This document shows, one piece after another, positions 59,867-64,000 of a stretch of DNA of 64,000 bases. Numbering within the stretch: position 1 is the stretch's first letter; every line of letters starts with the position of its first letter. The notes under the pieces were generated by a model. It made no database searches, had not been told where the DNA came from, and saw only the letters and a list, made by a program, of their open reading frames with translations. The translations under genes and the position numbers were made by a program. This DNA is from an uncultured Actinomycetota bacterium (GTDB lineage Bacteria; Actinomycetota; Actinomycetes; JAHEKZ01). Where the stretch lies: the NCBI GenBank assembly GCA_963829525.1, contig CAWHIJ010000003.1, positions 2,048,001 through 2,112,000 on the forward strand, in the 5' to 3' direction.

Positions 59867-60988
59867 TCAGAGCAGCCCAGGGTTCGGCAACAGCAGCTGT
59901 CGAAGTACCGACCCGGACGCCAGGTCGTCCAGTGCTGCTCCCGCCTCGTTCAGTGGACGTCGCGCCGAGATCATCGCGTCGAGATCGAGCTCGCCGCTCA
60001 TGTACCGGTCGACGAGGTCAGGGATGTCGCGATGCGGAACGCACGACCCGTAGTTCGACCCGAGGATGCGCTGCTCTGACTCGGCGAGGCTGAGGGGGTC
60101 GAATGTCGCCGATTGCCCTGCCGGTGGCAGCCCTACCACGACGGCTGCGCCGCCGATGCCGAGTGCGGCGATGGCCTGCTGAGTCGTCGCGATCGCCCCA
60201 ATGGCGTCGAAGATGAAGTCGAGGCCCTCGGGCACCAGTCGGGCCAGCTGCTCGACAACGTCGCCTGACCGACCATCGACGACATCGGTGGCCCCGAGCT
60301 TTGCAGCGATCTCGAGCTTGGCCGGCACCAGGTCGACGGCAACGATGCGGCTGGCCCCGACCATGCGTGCCCCTTGGACACAGGAAAGACCCACCCCGCC
60401 GCAGCCAATCACGGCCACCGTGGCACCCGCCGGCACCTGAGCAGTGCTGCGGACCGCCCCCACCCCCGTAGCCACCGCGCAGCCCACGATCGCGATCACG
60501 TCGAGCGGCGCGTCCGCGCGCACCTTGATGGCACCGGACTCGGGGACGATCGCCCGCTCGGCGTAGGAGGAAACGCCCAGGTAGTGGAAGCAATCCTCCC
60601 CGTCGATCGAGAGGCGCGGCGTACCGTCGAAGAGCGTGCCACCAGCGGCGATGACCTCCAGGGAGGTCCTGCACTGAGTTACTCGGCCCAGCCTGCAGTA
60701 ACGGCACTCTCCGCACGAGGGAACCCAGGAGAGCACCACGTGGTCCCCCACCGCTACGTCGGTGACGCCCTGTCCAATCGCGGTGACGACCCCAGAGCCT
60801 TCATGCCCCAACACCACGGGCGTGCGGTGCTCCCACTCACCACGCACCATGTGCAGGTCGCTGTGACAGACCCCAGCCGCAGCGATCGCCACCTCCACTT
60901 CGCGCGGGCCAGGGAGAGCGAGTTCAACTGGGCGAACGTCGATGGGCTGGCCTGCGCCACGAAAGACCGCGGCTGTGATGGTGGTCAT
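59867..60988 (-). CDS. Zn-dependent alcohol dehydrogenase (class III-like MDR)
   Basis: GVCHSD, LGHEGSG, CGECRYC and GCGGVG motifs. Confidence 0.93.
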   Translation of the reverse strand: MTTITAAVFRGAGQPIDVRPVELALPGPREVEVAIAAAGVCHSDLHMVRGEWEHRTPVVLGHEGSGVVTAIGQGVTDVAVGDHVVLSWVPSCGECRYCRLGRVTQCRTSLEVIAAGGTLFDGTPRLSIDGEDCFHYLGVSSYAERAIVPESGAIKVRADAPLDVIAIVGCAVATGVGAVRSTAQVPAGATVAVIGCGGVGLSCVQGARMVGASRIVAVDLVPAKLEIAAKLGATDVVDGRSGDVVEQLARLVPEGLDFIFDAIGAIATTQQAIAALGIGGAAVVVGLPPAGQSATFDPLSLAESEQRILGSNYGSCVPHRDIPDLVDRYMSGELDLDAMISARRPLNEAGAALDDLASGSVLRQLLLPNPGLL

Positions 60989-61088
60989 CGGCCCTGCCTA
61001 CCTCACGTGGGGGACCTGCGGCAATGGTCTGCTCCCCCGAATGTCACTAACGTGAAGGTCCACGACGTGGCGAACGGTGGAGGACTCG

Positions 61089-61757
61089 ATGGACGAACAC
61101 GACGAACAGCTCTGGACCGAGGTTGACCACTACATCGGCACTTACCTTGACGTCAACGACCCCGCACTGGATGCCACTCTGACCAGTAGTGCTGCTGCTG
61201 GTCTTCCTGAGATCGCTGTCTCACCTCCTCAGGGCAAACTGCTCATGCTGCTCGCCACTTCGTTAGGAGCCAGACGAATCTTGGAGATCGGCACGCTCGG
61301 CGGTTACAGCACCGTCTGGCTGGCACGAGCATTGCCGGCCGACGGCGAGCTCATCACCTGCGAGTACTCCAGCGAACACGCGCACGTTGCTCGGCAGAAC
61401 GTCGACGCGGCAGGCGTCGGTGGGCTCGTTGACATTCGGGTCGGCGCGGCCCTCGACACGCTGCCGACATTGAATGGTCCGTTTGACCTGACGTTCGTTG
61501 ATGCCGACAAGGAGCACAACGCCGACTATTTCCGGTCGGCCTTGAACCTCAGCCGACCAGGCTCATTGATCATCGTCGACAACACTGTTCGCGGCGGAGC
61601 CGTGGTCGACCCCTCTCGTTCCGATCCAGCGACCGAGGGAACCCGAGCGCTGTACGCCGCGGTGCGCGACGAGCCGCGGGTGTCGGCAACCGGAATCCAG
61701 ACGGTCGGAAGCAAAGGCTACGACGGCTTCGTGCTCGCGCGTGTGCTCGAAGTCTGA
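61089..61757 (+). CDS. O-methyltransferase (COMT/CCoAOMT-like)
   Basis: ILEIGTLGGYS, FVDADK, VDN and KGYDGF motifs. Confidence 0.93.
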   Translation: MDEHDEQLWTEVDHYIGTYLDVNDPALDATLTSSAAAGLPEIAVSPPQGKLLMLLATSLGARRILEIGTLGGYSTVWLARALPADGELITCEYSSEHAHVARQNVDAAGVGGLVDIRVGAALDTLPTLNGPFDLTFVDADKEHNADYFRSALNLSRPGSLIIVDNTVRGGAVVDPSRSDPATEGTRALYAAVRDEPRVSATGIQTVGSKGYDGFVLARVLEV

Positions 61758-61780
61758 GCGCTTGGGTCACTTACTCGCGG

Positions 61781-62620
61781 TCAGAGTTTGACCGCCTGAA
61801 GTGTGTACGTACACGCGAGCCGCTCGGGGCGCTCACTGAGCCGCCACTCGCCGTCGCTGTCGCAAGTCATCTGCCCCGGCAGTGCATCCCACGGGGCCGA
61901 GTCGTGCTCGACCAGACCGGTGAGCTGCATTCCGACGTTTGCCAGCGCGGTGATGATCTCTCCCAACCCGTGGTTCCACGAGTGGGTGAGGTTGTTGCGG
62001 AACTCCACGTCGGTCTCGACGTAGGTACCGCTGTCCTCATCGACGAGCGGATGCTCGGTTTCGAAGTAGGGATAGTCGACAACAATCCAGTCGGTTCGCG
62101 CCTCGTCGATCGACCAGAGCATGGGGTGACCCTCACGGATGAAAAGTCGGCCACCTGGCTTGAGGAGATCAGCGACAACCTGTGCCCACTCGGCGACGTT
62201 CGGCAGCCAACAGAGCGCGCCGACTCCGGTGAACACGAAGTCGAAGCCGTGATAGCCGAGCAGGCTGGGCGCCGCGTAGACGTTGGCCTCGAGGTACTCG
62301 ATCGGTGTGCCGGCCGCTTCGGCCAGCCGTCTGGCTTCGTCAAGCGACCGCGGGGAGAAGTCCACTCCGGTCATCTGCGCGCCGAGCCGAGCGAGTGAGA
62401 GCGTGTCGGTGCCGATGTGGCACTGCAGATGGACGCCGCGCTGGCCCTCTACTGAGCCGAGAAGCGGCAGATCGAACCGGACTACGCCCGATAGGTAGCT
62501 CGGATCGTCGAGGAACCTCTTGACGCCGTAGTCAGGTGACGCCGCATGTGCTGCCGCCCGGTCGTCCCAGTTGGCGCGGTTGATTCTCACGTACTCGGGG
62601 GTGTTGTCAGCGCTGCTCAT
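61781..62620 (-). CDS. Class I SAM-dependent methyltransferase
   Basis: NRANWDDR, HLQCHIGTDT, GVDFS and GALCWLP motifs. Confidence 0.9.
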   Translation of the reverse strand: MSSADNTPEYVRINRANWDDRAAAHAASPDYGVKRFLDDPSYLSGVVRFDLPLLGSVEGQRGVHLQCHIGTDTLSLARLGAQMTGVDFSPRSLDEARRLAEAAGTPIEYLEANVYAAPSLLGYHGFDFVFTGVGALCWLPNVAEWAQVVADLLKPGGRLFIREGHPMLWSIDEARTDWIVVDYPYFETEHPLVDEDSGTYVETDVEFRNNLTHSWNHGLGEIITALANVGMQLTGLVEHDSAPWDALPGQMTCDSDGEWRLSERPERLACTYTLQAVKL

Positions 62621-62831
62621 CCCCGCACTCTGCCATGGATCGCAGTACCCCGAGTGGCGTAGTCCGTCAGAGGCATTTCGTCCCGGCTCCGCACTTGAAC
62701 GCTGCTCTGTTCGGGTGAATCGGCGTAACGGGGGTGAGCCGTGACCAGGAAGTGGCCGATGTCCGGCAAACAGGGCGCGGCCATACCGAGCCGCGATCAG
62801 GGCGCCACAAGCGTGGCAGGAAAGGTTTCGC

Positions 62832-63332
62832 ATGTCCTCGAACAAGAAGCGTCTCGCATTTGTCTCCGGCAGCCTCGCTGTCGCGCTGGTCGGTGGCGGC
62901 CTCGCTATTGCCTACTGGACCACCACAGGTTCGGGCACCGGTGCCGGCACCGTCGGCACTAGCACGGCTGTGTCGGTGACGCAGGACAGCACGGTCTCCG
63001 GCCTCGTGCCCGGCGGTCCCTCTGCTGCGCTCGACTTCACCGTCAACAACGGGGGAACCGGCCCGCAGACCATCAACGGGGTCTCCGTGTCGGTCAGCAA
63101 GGTCACCAAGGCTGTGGGAGCCCCCGCCGGCGCCTGCACTGCTGGCGACTTCACCGTCGCCCAGCCGGCCCTTGGCGGCGCCATCGAGCTCGCTGTGGGC
63201 GACAACACGTTCACATCTGGCGCTGGTGGCGACTTTGCCAACACCACAGCGGCTGTGTCCATGAAGAACACCGCCTCCGACCAGAACGGGTGCAAGGGCG
63301 CAACGCTCGAGTTCACCTACACGGTCAGCTAG
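62832..63332 (+). CDS. Secreted pilin/TasA-like subunit with a SipW-class signal peptide
   Basis: KKR-hydrophobic-AIAYWT leader; LVPGG; C-terminal DQNGCKGA.L motif; AGGAAAGG RBS. Confidence 0.7.
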   Translation: MSSNKKRLAFVSGSLAVALVGGGLAIAYWTTTGSGTGAGTVGTSTAVSVTQDSTVSGLVPGGPSAALDFTVNNGGTGPQTINGVSVSVSKVTKAVGAPAGACTAGDFTVAQPALGGAIELAVGDNTFTSGAGGDFANTTAAVSMKNTASDQNGCKGATLEFTYTVS

Positions 63333-63350
63333 GACGCACGAGGACGCGAC

Positions 63351-63385
63351 AGCTCTGGGGTGGGTCACCGACCCACCCCAGAGCT
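63351..63385 (+). terminator. Strong intergenic stem-loop (terminator or mRNA stabiliser)
   Basis: Perfect 16-bp stem AGCTCTGGGGTGGGTC-ACC-GACCCACCCCAGAGCT. Confidence 0.75.
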
Positions 63386-63403
63386 CGCGACCGAAGGCCC
63401 TGG

Positions 63404-63934
63404 ATGCGCAGAGCATGGGACACCGCACAGCCCGCCCGGTCAGCCGGACGGGCTGCGATGGCTGTCGTCATGACGGTGGCGCTGGTGATCGGGTCGGTCG
63501 CCGTTGCGGCAACCGTCGCCGACGTCATCCAGTCCCGGCTCGGAGCATCCACCATGACCAAGGTGCCGACCGCGTCTGGCCTGAGCACCAAACAGAGACT
63601 CACGCTGAAGGCCAAGGTGCTGCAGGGCCCGCTGATCCCAGGCATCACAAGGCCACTCAAGGTGACGATGTCCAACCCGTTGAAGCAGCGGCTGAAGGTA
63701 ACTGCCGTGACCGTCACTCCGGGCAATCCCGCGGTCTCCGCCTGCAAGAAGTCGTGGGTCAAAGCGACGTCCTTCAAAGCCAGCAAGAAGACGAAGCCCA
63801 TCATCGTCAAGCCAAGCGGCAAGGCCACCGTAATGCTCACGGTGCAGCTGACGAACCTCAGCTCAGTCAACCAGGATGCGTGCAAGAACACCCGGATCCC
63901 GTTGAAGCTGAACGCAACCGCGCGCCAGGGGTGA
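63404..63934 (+). CDS. Secreted paralogue of the preceding subunit
   Basis: Hydrophobic leader; LIPG...N...V.AV, central Cys and NQDACKN motif; start uncertain. Confidence 0.65.
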   Translation: MRRAWDTAQPARSAGRAAMAVVMTVALVIGSVAVAATVADVIQSRLGASTMTKVPTASGLSTKQRLTLKAKVLQGPLIPGITRPLKVTMSNPLKQRLKVTAVTVTPGNPAVSACKKSWVKATSFKASKKTKPIIVKPSGKATVMLTVQLTNLSSVNQDACKNTRIPLKLNATARQG

Positions 63935-63938
63935 GGCC

Positions 63939-64000
63939 ATGGCGCGCACCACAGCTGTGATCGCGGCCCGCCGCATCCTGCCGATCATCGGGCTCACGGT
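63939..64000 (+). CDS. 5' end of the next operon gene (partial)
   Basis: MARTTAVIAARRILPIIGLT, 4 nt after the previous stop. Confidence 0.5.
   Translation, partial: MARTTAVIAARRILPIIGLT

Noticed and set aside
1-64000. tRNA, rRNA, IS transposase or intact integrase
   Set aside because: None recognised by eye or in the ORF track

Overview
High-GC actinobacterial chromosomal window with about 55 protein genes. I found no rRNA, tRNA or CRISPR array. The left end carries core genes: a thioredoxin-like protein, a beta-carbonic anhydrase, topoisomerase IV subunit B (parE, broken by a +1 frameshift) and the small Cys/His protein usually found beside it. The right end carries the principal sigma factor hrdB/sigA, a universal stress protein, DUF4192, a Moco oxidoreductase/cytochrome b pair, a PAS-PucR regulator and the start of a SipW/TasA-like fibre locus. 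About 46 kb of accessory genes lie between these blocks: amine/one-carbon catabolism, a flavinylation-based electron-transfer operon, copper proteins, secreted hydrolases and STAND regulators. The most notable signal is a 21-bp direct copy of the hrdB 3' end at 45127-45147 that differs only at two synonymous positions. It sits in an inverted-repeat element that recurs at about 42.4 kb, and it bounds a 5.7-kb segment full of mobile-element relics. This suggests the last codons of the housekeeping sigma factor act as a repeatedly used integration site. Four single-base (+1) frameshifts are probably consensus errors. Family assignments come from motif recognition only; no database searches were run.
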